Assembly (NCBI GenBank): GCA_012295275.1
Contig: CM022673.1
Coordinates: 13,702,001 to 13,766,000 of the forward strand
Direction of reading: 5' to 3'
DNA: 64,000 bases
Origin: Chrysomallon squamiferum
Lineage: Eukaryota > Animalia > Mollusca
Below the pieces are notes generated by a model. It worked only from the letters and a program-made list of their open reading frames with translations. It ran no database searches and was not told the origin of the DNA. Position numbers and translations under genes: made by a program. Below are positions 1 through 37,507 of the stretch, in pieces (the first letter of the stretch is position 1; every line of letters begins with the position of its first letter).

Positions 1-23
1 CTAATTAGTAATAGAAAAACGTC

Positions 24-77
<54 letters not shown>

Positions 78-837
78 TAATAAAATAATAAAATAACAAT
101 AAAAGCAATATATATATATATGTACATGAATAATAACAAAAATAATTTAATACAATTTAGTTCTGCAAGAACATCCATTAATAATATAACATACTAATGT
201 TCATAATCGCCACACCTATAATATAATACTTTTATAATATAATATAATACTTTTATGTATTAGAAATAATGTAATCACAAAGCCATACAGAACGTATTGT
301 GCAAATCATTAACCTTTCAAAACTAAAAAAAAAAAAACTAAAAACATTAGCTACTACAAAATGAATAAATTTAGCAAGACGGTTTCAATACAGTTATAAA
401 AAATATTTTTCTGAAAAATTGCTACTAAAAGAATTTTGATTAAATTGAACTGGTATCGCTACCATATTATGAACAATTGAATTCACTGCACGTGTTAATG
501 TATTGTTCAGGAAAGCAATAAAACAGAATGATAACTGTTTTGTGCGTGAAGCAATAAATATGTTGATGACACTCTCCGATATTAAGACATGTCGAAAATA
601 CACCAATAACGAACATTCCATCATACGAAGCGAACAGATAAATAACTTATACGTAGATAACTTTTTGTTATACAGCTGTAATGTACTGAAAAATTTACAT
701 GTGTTATTGTTAAATAGTTTATAACATAGAAAATTGTTTTTAATTAAGAATTTAACGGTTATTGACGATCATCCCTTCATTGTTAATACCCGTACTAAAG
801 CCAGATCGGGTGAAGCAGTTTAATGGAGTTGTGCTGC

Positions 838-914
838 TATATAAGAGATAACCGGATGGTTCCACTGGTTGGCGCATTCTCCAAAGTTCGCAAGAAAAAT
901 ACTTTGTGAACAAG
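838..914 (+). promoter_or_regulatory. TATA box and probable non-coding first exon of the astacin gene
   Basis: TATATAAG at 838-845, followed by about 70 nt of more GC-balanced sequence ending in donor AAG|GTTGGT (914/915). The next acceptor, TTTCAG at 1293, lies immediately before the ATG. Confidence 0.55.
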
Positions 915-1293
915 GTTGGTATTTTGGTAAATTTTTTATATTACGTTTTAGTGGGTATATGTACGTATGTATGTGCAAAATGATTTTTAACTATCTGGCA
1001 ACAGTAAAATGAAATTTAAAACAAATGTTCTGCAAAAGATATATATATACGTTAATTAACACCAGAATCAATTGTGTTTTTAACTAATTAATAAATTAAT
1101 ATAATATAATTCTATTTTATTTCTTTTCATTTCAATTCGTTTCATTTTAAATTACTTTATTTATTTATTTATTTTATTTTATTTTATTTATTATTACTGT
1201 TATTTCTGTTAAGATTATTTTAAAAATATATGCTTTCTTTACAATGGCTGACATAGTATTTACAGATGATTCTAAACAGTTATTTTGTTTCAG

Positions 1294-19132
<17,839 letters not shown>

Positions 19133-19630
19133 ATAATCGTGAAATGCTAAATGCTGGACACGTGACTTTGAAGATACTCATAATTCCCTCACCATTGTAC
19201 TACCCTGACGTAATGATGACGTCACGAACTAGTTATACTTAGTACAATAATCAATAAAAAGATTATTTCAGATTGTGTGTCAATTATTATGTACATTCGC
19301 CTCAATTATGAGTTGTTGAATTTTTGTTTGTTTGTTTCTTCCTAATTATTTCCCTAATTATTGTTTCATTTATTTTGTTTTCCTCTTTGCAATGATGCTC
19401 AGTTAATACTGATCCTGTCACTATAACAGTGAGGACGCATCTCTTTCTGAAATGGATAATCATCAGCCGCTGTAATTTTCTGAGGGTCATTTCATATTAT
19501 TATTCTTCTTGTTTAGCCAATCAGAATCTTACATTTTGATTGTCACGTGACTCAACATGACGTCTGTTTTAGCATGATATAGACCTTACAAACAAGATGG
19601 GCTGATTTAGTATATGTTAGATGCCCAGAG

Positions 19631-19715
<85 letters not shown>

Positions 19716-20047
19716 TAGAGAATGAGAGATATCAGTGATTAAACAGTCATTTCAAATAAAATAAATAAATAAATAAGTAAATAAATATTTATTTACAAAA
19801 CATGATTATAAAAAAAACATATATTCAAAATTGGTATATAAGTAAAATACAAAATATAAACAAATAAATAAATACTACATACATTTCTATTGAAGTGAAA
19901 GTAAAAAAAAAAAAAAAAATGAAAAATAAAAATAAACTGTTAATATTTATACTTAACGATAAAAGAAATTCTGCTGTTATTACAAGTTTTATATTTAAAA
20001 CAATAAAAATACACTCAAGGTTGTTTACGTTTCATATTAAAATGTTT

Positions 20048-20852
20048 CTACGGTTTCAGAGATCCGCAAAGAACCAATCTACAAATGCTTTCTATTGACG
20101 AACCAGTTATTCCATTTCCGCCCATCATGCCGTTGTTTCCCCAATCATTCCATTGTTTCCGCCCATCATTCCATTGTTTCCGCCCATCATTCCATTGTTT
20201 CCACCAATCATTCCATTTCCGCCCATCATTCCGTTGTTTCCGCCCATCATTCCATTGTTTCCGCCCATCATTCCATTGTTTCCGCCCATCATTCCATTGT
20301 TTCCACCAATCATTCCATTTCCGCCCATCATGCCGTTGTTTCCATTGTTTCCACCAATCATTCCATTGTTTCCACCAACCATTCCATTTCCGCCCATCAT
20401 TCCGTTGTTTCCGCCAATCATTCCATTGTTTCCGCCCATTATTCCATTGTTTCCGCCCATCATTCCATTGTTTCCACCAATCATCCCATTTCCGCTGTTA
20501 CCGCCAATCATTCCATTGTTTCCACCAATCATTCCATTGTTTCCGCCCATCATTCCGTTATTTCCACCTATCATTCCATTGTTTCCGCCCATCATTCCGT
20601 TATTTCCGCCGATCATTCCGTTATTTCCACCAATCATTCCATTGTTTCCGCCCATCATTCCGTTGTTTCCGCCAATCATTCCATTGTTTCCACCCATCAT
20701 TCCATTTCCGCCCATCATTCCGTTGTTTCCGTTCATATTCTTCATAGTTTGTTCAAGTACACAAGCCTGAATAGCGCTACTGGTACAGATAAACCGTTTC
20801 TGTACATAGTTTTCTGAAAAATAATTTTTATGTTATCACTGTGTAAATCTCA

Positions 20853-20936
<84 letters not shown>

Positions 20937-21021
20937 TGTGTGTGTGTGTTACTAAGAAACAAAAGGTGTATGTGTATATGTTGTATATATTTTACTTACT
21001 TTTGAGAGGGACCGCCTCGCT
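20048..21021 (-). CDS. Gly/Asn/Met-rich low-complexity protein (GGNNGMM/GGNNGMI repeats), candidate shell-matrix or other extracellular structural protein; 5' end unresolved, one frameshift
   Basis: Exon 20813->20048 after a TTTTCAG acceptor reads NYVQKRFICTSSAIQACVLEQTMKNMNG, then about 30 GG(N)NGM(M/I) repeats. Restoring one base at about 20140 gives the C-terminus GITGSSIESICRLVLCGSLKP*. An upstream 22-nt exon (21021->21000) has CAG and GTAAGT sites. Variation among repeat units is mostly at minus-strand third codon positions (AAT/AAC, GGC/GGT/GGA), which fixes the coding strand. Confidence 0.7.
20112..20733. repeat. Coding 18/21-bp tandem repeat (CCGCCCATCATTCCATTGTTT)
   Basis: About 30 visible units with in-frame 3-nt length variants. 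Confidence 0.95.
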
Positions 21022-21404
21022 CTGGAAACAAAACGCACAGAGAAAAATTAAAATTGACTTCATAGTTAACCAGACTTGCAGAAACGCAACTCTCATACGG
21101 AAAAAGTTACTTTATACGTTTTATTTAGCTATTTTTATTTGATTCAGTGTAGATAGCATGTCGAACTGTTTTATAACGACAACTCTGAGTGTCAGGATGT
21201 TATTTTCTTTTATTACATTTCACATATTATAAGCATTTTGTTATCTGTTTTCTGACAGCAGCTCACTCTAAAAACAAATTATTTGTAACAAGTGTTTGAT
21301 ATAGAAAAATACACTGAGCACGAAATATGTTATTGCATACATTTCTGATCGATTGTACATTCATACACACCTACATAAATACGCTTGCATATACAAATAC
21401 ATAT

Positions 21405-21450
<46 letters not shown>

Positions 21451-22176
21451 ACATAGATATGTACGTATATGTAAGTGTAAACGTACTTACATACATAAAC
21501 AAATAGAATATATACACACACATACATATATTATACACACACTCAAACACACACATACACACTCAAACATATACACATACATACGCTGAAATATAGTCAT
21601 ACCTAAGTATGTACACATAATCACAATCATAATAAAACATAAATGAAGATCGCGTTACTAATACACACTGAACATTAACAGTCCCTGACCAAGATGCTGG
21701 AAACGAACAGGATGTAAACATTGGATCACATCCTGCGGCTGTTTCTTTGATTAACCAGCAGGTAAAGAAAATATCTGAAGAAATAATGAAGACGAAGACG
21801 GAAAAAAAAAAAAAAAAAAAAAAAGGTAAAAATAGATGTTTTATTTTGTTGTTTTTGAATGTTTAAAAACGGATTGATTTTGCGTTGAAATTATTTCTCA
21901 TTTACTCATTTATTTGTGATACGTACGTACACAGATTATATACATACTTAGAAATGTACGTACATAATTACACAAACACACACACACACACGCACTCATA
22001 CACACACACACACACACTTTCAGACACATATAAATATATATATATATATATTAAAATATATGTATGTACGGAAGAGTAAGATTAGTTGGAAGAAAACAAA
22101 GTTAAAAAAATATATATATTTTATTTTTTATTATATATATTTTATTTGAATTTGAATATATATCCAAACCAATGAT

Positions 22177-22214
<38 letters not shown>

Positions 22215-22330
22215 TACATTTTAGATGAAAGGTTAGCTATCACCCCTACTCAGACAATGAACTGATCCTTGCTGCAAAGCGAAAAGCTCGTTCAGATTTG
22301 TCAGGTTTCACTGGGCAAACAGACAGTGTC

Positions 22331-24332
22331 ATGTCGGAAAGAACTGCCTGCAAGAAATACATTGAAAAAAATGGCAGCAAAGGTTTCCTTGCAGTATTGA
22401 AAGAGGTAAAAATATATTTTAAAAAACAACAACCCAGAGAGAATGAGGGAACTGAATTTTGTTTCGTTGGGTTTTAAGGACATTTATTTATTTATTTAAT
22501 AAATTAATTTAATTTTATCTTATTACTATTTTGTCAAAAATTAATGCAGGCGTAACATTTGTAATGGCCTTTAATAAAAATTTCACTCCATTTTTTCTTT
22601 TAGTAACAGCTGTACTTCCATAGTAATTTTTATTTGCACGTGTAAATGTTGCCTTATCATTAAAATAGTGTTTGTTTTTTGACACTCGGGTGATCAGACA
22701 TCTGCGAATTTATCACGTATTCCACAGAGAAATAAAAAAAGTAATAATAAAGAAGAAGAGAAAAATAACTAACAAATGTATGAAGTAAAACATTAATCAG
22801 TGTTGCTGATTTAAAAAAGACGTTTGATGACATAAAACTTGAGTGCTCAAAGGGGGTTTGAAAGAAAAATTTTTTTTTTTTTTTTTTTTACATCATCCGA
22901 TAACAAAATAAATAAAATAAAATAAATAAATAAATAAATACATGTTTGTTTTGTATTTAAGTCATAGCGCGTTTTTATTTTATTATTAATTTTTTAAAGT
23001 TAATTCAGGAATTTTTTTTTTTGGCGAGAATTAGAACGATTTGATTTTGGAAACAGAGTTATTCCCCATCTGTTGTTGTTGTTAACAGAAAAAGTAAAAT
23101 AAAACAAAAATGTTTAATATCGAATACTTGCTGATGATAAAAGCTAACGAACTGGACATAAACCTAAATCCATTGTTGTTCTTTCTTTCATTGTTTTTCT
23201 TCTTGTAGTTCATCGACAGCGTGGAGGCCCTAAAACACACCGTCATGTTTCCGGTGAAACTTCTAGATCTGGACAAAAACCAGCTTCCCGACATAGACAC
23301 ACATCTACAACAGTTCGCCAAGGAGGGGATAACTAGTGCCTCACGTAAGATAACTATCAGTAAAATATGTGTCACGTGACGTAAGATACCTTCTGTCAGA
23401 AACGTAAGCGAAACTTGTCGAGAGTTTAAAAACATGTCAGAAACGAACGCGAGACAGATCAGTAACGTAGCACTAAAAATGAAAACTGTATTAATAAATG
23501 TATAAAATGTATACAACATGAGATGACTGTCAGTAACGTACACATCAAACGTACATTATAAGATTATTGTGTAAAAAAAACGTACTCATAAAACATACAA
23601 TGTGACTTAATTTTGTAAATAACTTAAACATGAAATGTACAAGATGTGACTCAGTTGTGTAAATAACATGCACACAAAATATGTAATACATGAGATAATT
23701 ATGTAAATAACGTACACATAACATACAACGTGACACAGTTATGTAAATAAGTACACATAAAAAGTACAAGACGTGATATAATTATAACTTGGACATAAAA
23801 CATACCTAATTCTATAAATAACATGCACCTAACATGTACAAAATGTGATGCTTTCATGTAAATAACGTACACATAAAACGTGAATACAGATAAAGTGCGA
23901 CAGTTGTATAAATAACGTACGCGTTACAAACGTACGATACCTTCCGAAATGGACGTAACAAAAAGATGTCTAATGACATTAACTGTTGATGACACCAACC
24001 CTCTGTTTCACAACGAAACTAGCAGAACTTTGCGTCTGATTCAAACTGATTTGAGAAACCTTGTATAATCGAAGAACTATGTAAATGTCAAATGAAATCT
24101 TTCGTACGGCTTTCTCAGAGAAGACCTATAATCAAACCTGACACCGGATCACCGAATCTGTCCAAAGTCATCTGAGGTTAAGTTTTATTTGATAATTATT
24201 TTACATTTAGTGACAAATCAAACTGTGATGCCACATTGTTGATGTTATTGATAGGGTTACTAGAACTATGCCCCACTACAAATACCAGCAGCCTTATTAC
24301 TAGTTAGTACCACTATGAGTGTCATTACTACA

Positions 24333-24402
<70 letters not shown>

Positions 24403-25005
24403 GAACAGTCACCATTAGTACAATTACAATAACTTACTAGAACTACTATTTCTTCAATTGCTATTACTACTACATCTTTTATTATTATCACAATTACTGC
24501 TACTACTACTACTACTTCTACTACTGCCATTACTGTTCCTCATTTTACCATTTCTGTTATTTCTATTACCCTACTACTACCCCTACTTTTAGCATTACAA
24601 CTATCACTACAACAATACTACCACCACAACAATACTACCACCACTTCAAATTTTCTACTACTATCATTGGTATTATTTATATTATAAGTTTAAAAATAAC
24701 TGGTTTTGTTTAAACTCTAACATCATTTTAGAAACGAATTCTTTTTGTTTTTATTCTTTTTTTTTAAATTTAAAATGATTTTTTTTTTTTTTTTTTCAGA
24801 GGATGATATGTATGCGTTATACACTCTTCTGCTTAACGCCAGCAGTGAAGTGCTAACCGGACATGACGTCACAGGACGGGGGGTGACTGGTGAAAGTTAT
24901 TTGGGTGAACATTTTAAGGAAGTTACCGAGACTCTGAACAAAATGGCCGACCTGTCCAAGATACTGAAAAGCCAGTATGAAAAAAGTCTGAGATTAAGCG
25001 ATTAG
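22331..25005 (+). CDS. Spot14/MID1IP1 (MIG12/THRSP) family protein, about 139 aa
   Basis: Exons 22331-22405, 23209-23344 and 24800-25005 splice in phase to MSERTAC..GFLAVLKEFIDSVEALKHTVMFPVKLLDL..DDMYALYTLL..HFKEVTETLNKMADLSKILKSQY. This matches the Spot14 family pattern (F..AV..M..TVM.P..L.D; DMY..Y..L; C-terminal helix ending L...Y). An in-frame TGA upstream of the ATG marks the 5' UTR. Confidence 0.78.
23540..23940. repeat. Degenerate ~40-bp intronic tandem repeat (GTAAATAACGTACACATAA core)
   Basis: The GTAAATAAC..ACACATAA..ACAA..GTGAC motif recurs about 9 times. Confidence 0.7.
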
Positions 25006-27589
25006 CTTACCTTTGTGAAAATATGTGCTAATGTACGTTGTATTGAGATTATTAAGTTTAACAACAGTTGTTTGTAGATGGATAAATTAAAAGTAAAGTT
25101 AAATTTTTAATAATACTAACTGGTGCTAAAAAAAAAAAAGTATTATTTAATTTATGCTTTCAACAATGCTAATTAAATAAAATATAAAATATATATTCTA
25201 TGCATGAAATTTCTTTTCCCATCATTTTGTTTGTTTGTTTATTTATTTAATAATAATAATCATCATAATAATGCTATTATTGACGATGATGATGATGATG
25301 ATGATAATAATAATAATAAAAAGGGATATCGTTATAATGAATATAATTCTCCGTCAGTGTTATCGGATATGAAGGAAACAGGAACGATAACTACCGAGAG
25401 ATGTAAGTAGTAGTCGCGGAGATCCTGCAGTGGTATCTGAGAGACACTTCTGTCAGAATGAAACCAGTTAACATCCGACAAACCGGGATTTAAAAATAAA
25501 ATAAAAATAAAAGCCAAAATAAAGGGTCATAAAACACATGTCAACCCAGTCGACTGACCGACTGACTACACATGCAATTATCAGCATGAATTGAGTCTAA
25601 TTTGTGGAAATGGCAACATTTTATGTCAACCACGGTATCGATTTTGAAACGCTAAACTGGAATGTAAAGTCTAATTTCGTTCGTTTACTTCGTTCTGCTT
25701 CGCCACTGAATAGATGATAACGACGAAGATGATGATGATGAGGATTGAGATTGTGGTGGCGGTGATGCTGCAGATGATGACGACGACCATGAGAAGGCAG
25801 TGATAAAAATGCGTTGATGACTGTCTGAGTTATCGTATTCGCATGTATGTATACACGTTTTAGTTCGAAGATCGACAAATCTGTAAAAGGGTTAATTGCT
25901 GTCTTGTCGACAATAAAATAAATCTCGTATTTCTGTTGTAACTAACTATAACCTCTACTTTCACAGTGTCCACCAACATGATGTAAAGCTTTACCAAACT
26001 GCAGCTAAGTTGTACTGTTACTCTGGTTACACTCTGTTTTAGCTTACACTCGTACATAAAGTTTAGAAACACACAGAACAGATGCCTTTTCTTTCTTTTT
26101 TTTTTTTTTTTTTTTTATTATTTTTTTTTTTTTCTTTCTTACGGTATGCATGTTAACACTCTAATGAACTTAAATTATTATACAAGTCACTTTGTTGGAA
26201 TGAATTAAATTTGTTATCGAAACATTTTTGAAATTTTAAAAATTTACTTAATGACTTAAGTGAAAGAGCATGCTACGATAGATGCTACGATAGACATTTC
26301 TTTTATTACAACAGATCTCTCGGTTCAGTTTCTCCTCACTGTCTAAACAACGTTAAAAATTTAATAAAACGGGCAAAAACCTAATTCTCTGTTCATATCC
26401 GGGTATGAAATTAGATCAGATGAGTGAATAACCTGTTGTCTACGCAGTATCTTATTTATTCCACCGTTAATTAAAAGTTCATGTCTTTTCATAAACACGC
26501 GCTCTCATAATAGAATTATTACAGTTCCGTCTATAATATGGATTTTCTCTCATGTGGCGTATTAGTTTCCACATATCTCTTTCTTTTTATACTATGTGTC
26601 AGCTACGTGCATTAAATGTCTTAATGCAGCAATGTAGAACAAAGCTGATGCTGGCAATTAAAAATTATAAATAGCAAAATAACCGCAAATATGCATTCCT
26701 CGAGAACTAAAATGCTCGATTTTGAAAAAAAAACAATAAAAAAAAGAAAGAAAAACAAAACAGCAATAAAAAATAATAATAATAATAATAATAATTTAAA
26801 AATCCAACCAACAACAAAATAATAATATTAATAAAAAAATAAATAAGAAAAAAAGAAAGAAAGAAAGGAAAAAAAAAAAGAATATGCAAAAACAACAACG
26901 AGAAGGAAATAAAAGAGATATACATGTTCGATAATGTTTACGAGGCAATGAAAAAAAACTGGTAAGAAAAATGTCGGATCGATCCGCTGTCTTGTATCGA
27001 TCCCAGCAACTTCTGTTTCTCAGACTAACTACCTGAATTACTGGGATTATATTTTTAAATTTTTTTTTTAACAAACAATGTCTCAGTGAATAAAACTGTT
27101 TGTCTGAAACACACCATTTTTATTTTGGGATCAATGATTCTTTCAGGAGATATATAATTTCATGCTGGTGTTCTGATGAAAATGCGATGGGGCGATTTGA
27201 TCGCTTGACCTGTGGCATCGAAGTGCAACGCCTTTACCCTGGAGCGTGTTGCCACGATACATTTCTAAGAGACTGTATAGGTTTCAGCTCCAGTAATTAG
27301 CACATCACAACAGAGCAGTGGACACGAGCTTATTGATTTCCCGTATACTCACCTAACTCACCACTCGTTAAATAATCCGAGTCTGAGCCCGCCTTGACGA
27401 GCGTATCATTTGATAGATACGAGTAGAGGCAGCAGACTGCTTCGTCTCAGTCTCAGGTCAGCAGACGTCAGTACACAGCGCGAAATACTGAACGTGTGAA
27501 ACTTACTGAAGCAAATCACAAAACAATAGAAACAGAGAAAGTGTAATCGTACTAATTATTTAACACGTTATGAATATGTAACAATAACA

Positions 27590-27930
27590 AATTACTGACT
27601 GAGTTACTGCTCGCTGAATACGTAACTTCAACAAATTGCTGAATACGTAACTGTAACAAGTTATTGACTGAGTTACTGCTCGCTGAATACGTAACGAACA
27701 AATTGCTGAATACGTAACTGTAACAAGTTAATGACTGAGTTACAGCTTGCTGCATACGTAACTGAAATACGTTGATTGAATTATAAATTTCTGAATACGT
27801 ATCTGGAACAAGTTATAGACTGAGTTACAAATTGCTGAATACGTAACTGGAACACGTTACAGACTGAGTTACAACTTACTGAATACGTAACTGGAACAAG
27901 TTACAGACTGAGTTATAAATTGCGGACTTC
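27590..27930. repeat. Degenerate tandem repeat (GACTGAGTTAC...GCTGAATACGTAACTG) just upstream of the Ly6 gene promoter
   Basis: About 8 GAATACGTA-type cores and about 6 GACTGAGTTA cores. Confidence 0.85.
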
Positions 27931-27961
27931 GTAAATGGAACATGATATTGAACTGTGTCAA

Positions 27962-27998
27962 TATAAATCAGTGTGTAACAGCGATATGTGACTCAGTT
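27962..27998 (+). promoter_or_regulatory. TATA box plus Inr-like core promoter of the Ly6 gene
   Basis: TATAAAT at 27962 and TCAGTT at 27993, about 31 nt apart and about 70 nt upstream of the ATG at 28067. Confidence 0.45.
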
Positions 27999-28066
27999 AC
28001 AAGTTAATCAATGAAGAGCTAAATGAATGTTTAACAAGTTGATCCGCTGGAAAACAAATCGAGTTC

Positions 28067-34375
<6,309 letters not shown>

Positions 34376-35189
34376 CGATAATTTTAACAAGAGTTCTAGT
34401 TGTCTAAATAGATATAATTTTGTACATTACAAAATCGTTATTTGCTCAGTGCCAAAAAATATATAATTATACATTTTTCTTTTTATCAGACAGTCGCACT
34501 ATAGATATATTAACAGAAATCGCAGTAATGCATCTGAAATGATAGTTACAGTAACAAATCAAGACACGAACGCCCTATCGACTTAAATTGACATTGACAT
34601 TCGTAGCAAAACCAGGACATGTTATATCCAATTTACTGTAGAATTGTTATAAATCGGTTTTTTTGGTCCCAGGACAATTCGTCCAATTACATAAATTGCA
34701 CATGAATTGTAAGAAATTGTCGTTTGCCTGGTATATACACCAAACGAGTCTGTGCAATGCTTCTTAAACTACTTCAGTATCATTCATCTTCGAGTCTTTG
34801 TAACGAAATTCCATTTGCCAGAAACCAAATTGTTTCCCTTGGGTAATTTTGACTTTCTGAACAATTTCATTTTCCCTTGGGTGAATCATTCGGCAGTTTA
34901 AGAAGCCCCGTGTTTTATGTACTACATGACAATATTTTTATGTGTCAGATATGTAATATTAAAAACAGCCGATGTAAATACAATCTATGACTCTGCCTAC
35001 TTTCCCAGTCCTCATTTTCCCGTTCCCATTATATAAAGGAATTAAAAATACAAAAATAAAATAAAAATTACATCATTAACACAATCACCACCATCAAAAT
35101 ATATGTTTTAGATTTGCACGTTATCTATATTTCTAGGGAAGTATAATTGTAATGACCTTTGCAGTATTTCTGTACTTTGGATTAACACT

Positions 35190-35350
35190 ACACTATATTT
35201 ATCGTCATTTGTATGTATAATGGAGAAGTATTGTGGTGATCTTTGTAATGTCTCTCTTTGTGTATTTGATTTGTAGTTAACATCATTGCAGTGATCTTTG
35301 TAATATATCTTTATGTGTATTTGATTTGTAGTTAATATCATTGTAGTGTA
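35190..35350. repeat. Degenerate ~55-60-bp tandem repeat (GTGATCTTTGTAAT..TGTGTATTTGATTTGTAGTTAA)
   Basis: Two clear copies plus one or two eroded copies. Confidence 0.6.
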
Positions 35351-36962
35351 TATTATTTTTCCTTCAGTTAGTTCTAAAGATTACATGACTGTTACGACTA
35401 TGACATGCTACTGATTTTAAAAGTTGTTCATGACTGTGAGATTAAAATAAGTTAATATAAATACTGAAAAGAAATCTCCAACAAATTGGGCTGGCACTGG
35501 ATGTAATTTCTGAAACTGTTAAAATGTGGAAATACACATCACAGACACCATAGGCACGGGATCGGAGCTTATCACCTAATTCTGCCCATAAACTAATTAA
35601 CAAAGCTACTGCACACATTTCTAACAATCTAACAACTAACCGAACAATTACTGTAGACATCTCATGATTTATACATACATAAATAGTTTGCAATACTTGC
35701 ATAGAATAGTCCGCGTTAATTTCCCGTTCGAACGGATTGATATATTATGGGGAACTTTTATTTGTAGAGTACAAGACACATTATTAAATTCTAGCACGTC
35801 AAACACGTACAAACTCAATCATCGAGATGTCATCGCCAGCTTTTCTAATAAACCTTTTCACACCAACTGACAAATACCAAGAAGTGTCCGCTTTATAAAC
35901 GCTTCGTGTCTCTGCTGTTTACTGAATAACAAGCATCAGTTTGTATGTGTCGTTAGAATATACTACTACTACTAATAAAATAATAATAATACTAGTATAA
36001 GTACTACTACTATTACTACTAATAATAACAGAACTACTACTAATAATACTAGTACAAGTACTACTACTATTACTACTAATAATAACAGAACTACTACTAC
36101 AAGTACTACTATTAATAATAATAATATTAGAACATGTATACTACTAATATTACTATTACTAATAATAGTACTACTACTACTACTAATGATGATGATGATG
36201 ATGATACTATATGTGAGGTGTATTAGAATCATTATTGTGACAAAAACGTGTGTGTGTATGTATGTGGGAAGTGTGTATTTAGGAAGTGTGTGTGTGTGTG
36301 GATGTATGCCATAACAGAAAAATGTTTTCATATTTAAAATTAGCGAATATTATTCAAACATAGTTTCAGTTTTTGAATTTATTTTTAAATCTCAATTCGA
36401 CCATTCGATACATTATTAAAGTATACTATAAAAAACAGGTGTTAACCATATTGTTTCAGAATAAAAACAAATGGAATTCATCCATGTGAGTTTCTCAAGG
36501 ACTCGGCATTCGACATGAATCCGAAAACACATCAATCACTGCAAACCATATATCACTAACGTTGATATTCTTGCGATTAAAGTATTCCATACAGCGAGCG
36601 CACAGTAAGAGTTACTTATTTATCATCTAACCAAGATGTCAACACAAGACATACATCATCTTTATAAACTGAATTTGTAAAGGTTACCGATGAAATTGTC
36701 CCTTACGCACTTTAGTTGTGTATCAGTGTGGGCGGTTCCAGAAAGAATCCTAGGGATCTGAAATTAATCTGGGAATCGGTCATAAATGCTCCTCTTCTCC
36801 TTCCCCCGGCTCGTGTTTGTGCTAAAAAGATGATGAAAGAAAGAGAGCCTGCAATTCAATAAAACTGATATTTTCATAGATGCATCTGTTAACCGTGGTG
36901 TGATCACCAACATGATGGTTCTTAGGTGTTTGTTTTTTGCTGGGGTTTTTTCGTTTTTTTTG

Positions 36963-36994
<32 letters not shown>

Positions 36995-37476
36995 TTTTTT
37001 AATATGTATTTTTTTGTTGTTTTTTTTTTAAATTACTTTTTCTGCATCCAAAAAATAATGTTCATGTTTTCATCATCGTAATTTAATTATTAATATTACG
37101 TCCTGCAAAATATCATCTAACATTAGGACTGCGGATTAAATTAAATCTGAAAAGTAATCAGCGTAACAAGCACCACGTCCGCTCTTGGTGTATCATAAAG
37201 TAATCATTGTGGTCTTGTTTTTACTTAAACGATTTTGTATTCTGAAATTTGATTAGTTAATTTACTAAATCGAAACAACAATTTATTTCGGGATAGTAAT
37301 ATAAATCTCGCCTGTTATTACTGCGATTTGTTAATCATCTGAATGTTTATCAACAAACATTCAACGACTTGCAGCCGATGACGTAGTCACCGACGCTGTG
37401 GTTGGTATGCGTTGCTTATTCATTTTCTATTATTATTATGGTACAAATATTACATACATGGATAGTGATGATGACA

Positions 37477-37507
<31 letters not shown>

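Noticed and set aside
20085-20817. Plus-strand ORFs (FPPIIPL, SAHHSIV and FHCFRPS repeats)
   Set aside because: Shadows of the minus-strand GGNNGM frame. Unit variation is largely synonymous in the minus frame, which also has the splice acceptor.
24119-24176. Possible extra exon in the Spot14-like gene (TCTCAG|...GAG|GTTAAG)
   Set aside because: It is 58 nt with a stop in the required frame, and the flanking exons already join in phase without it.
25658-25680. TGGAATGTAAAG matching the 5' 12 nt of miR-1
   Set aside because: The 3' half does not match and no complementary star arm is visible.
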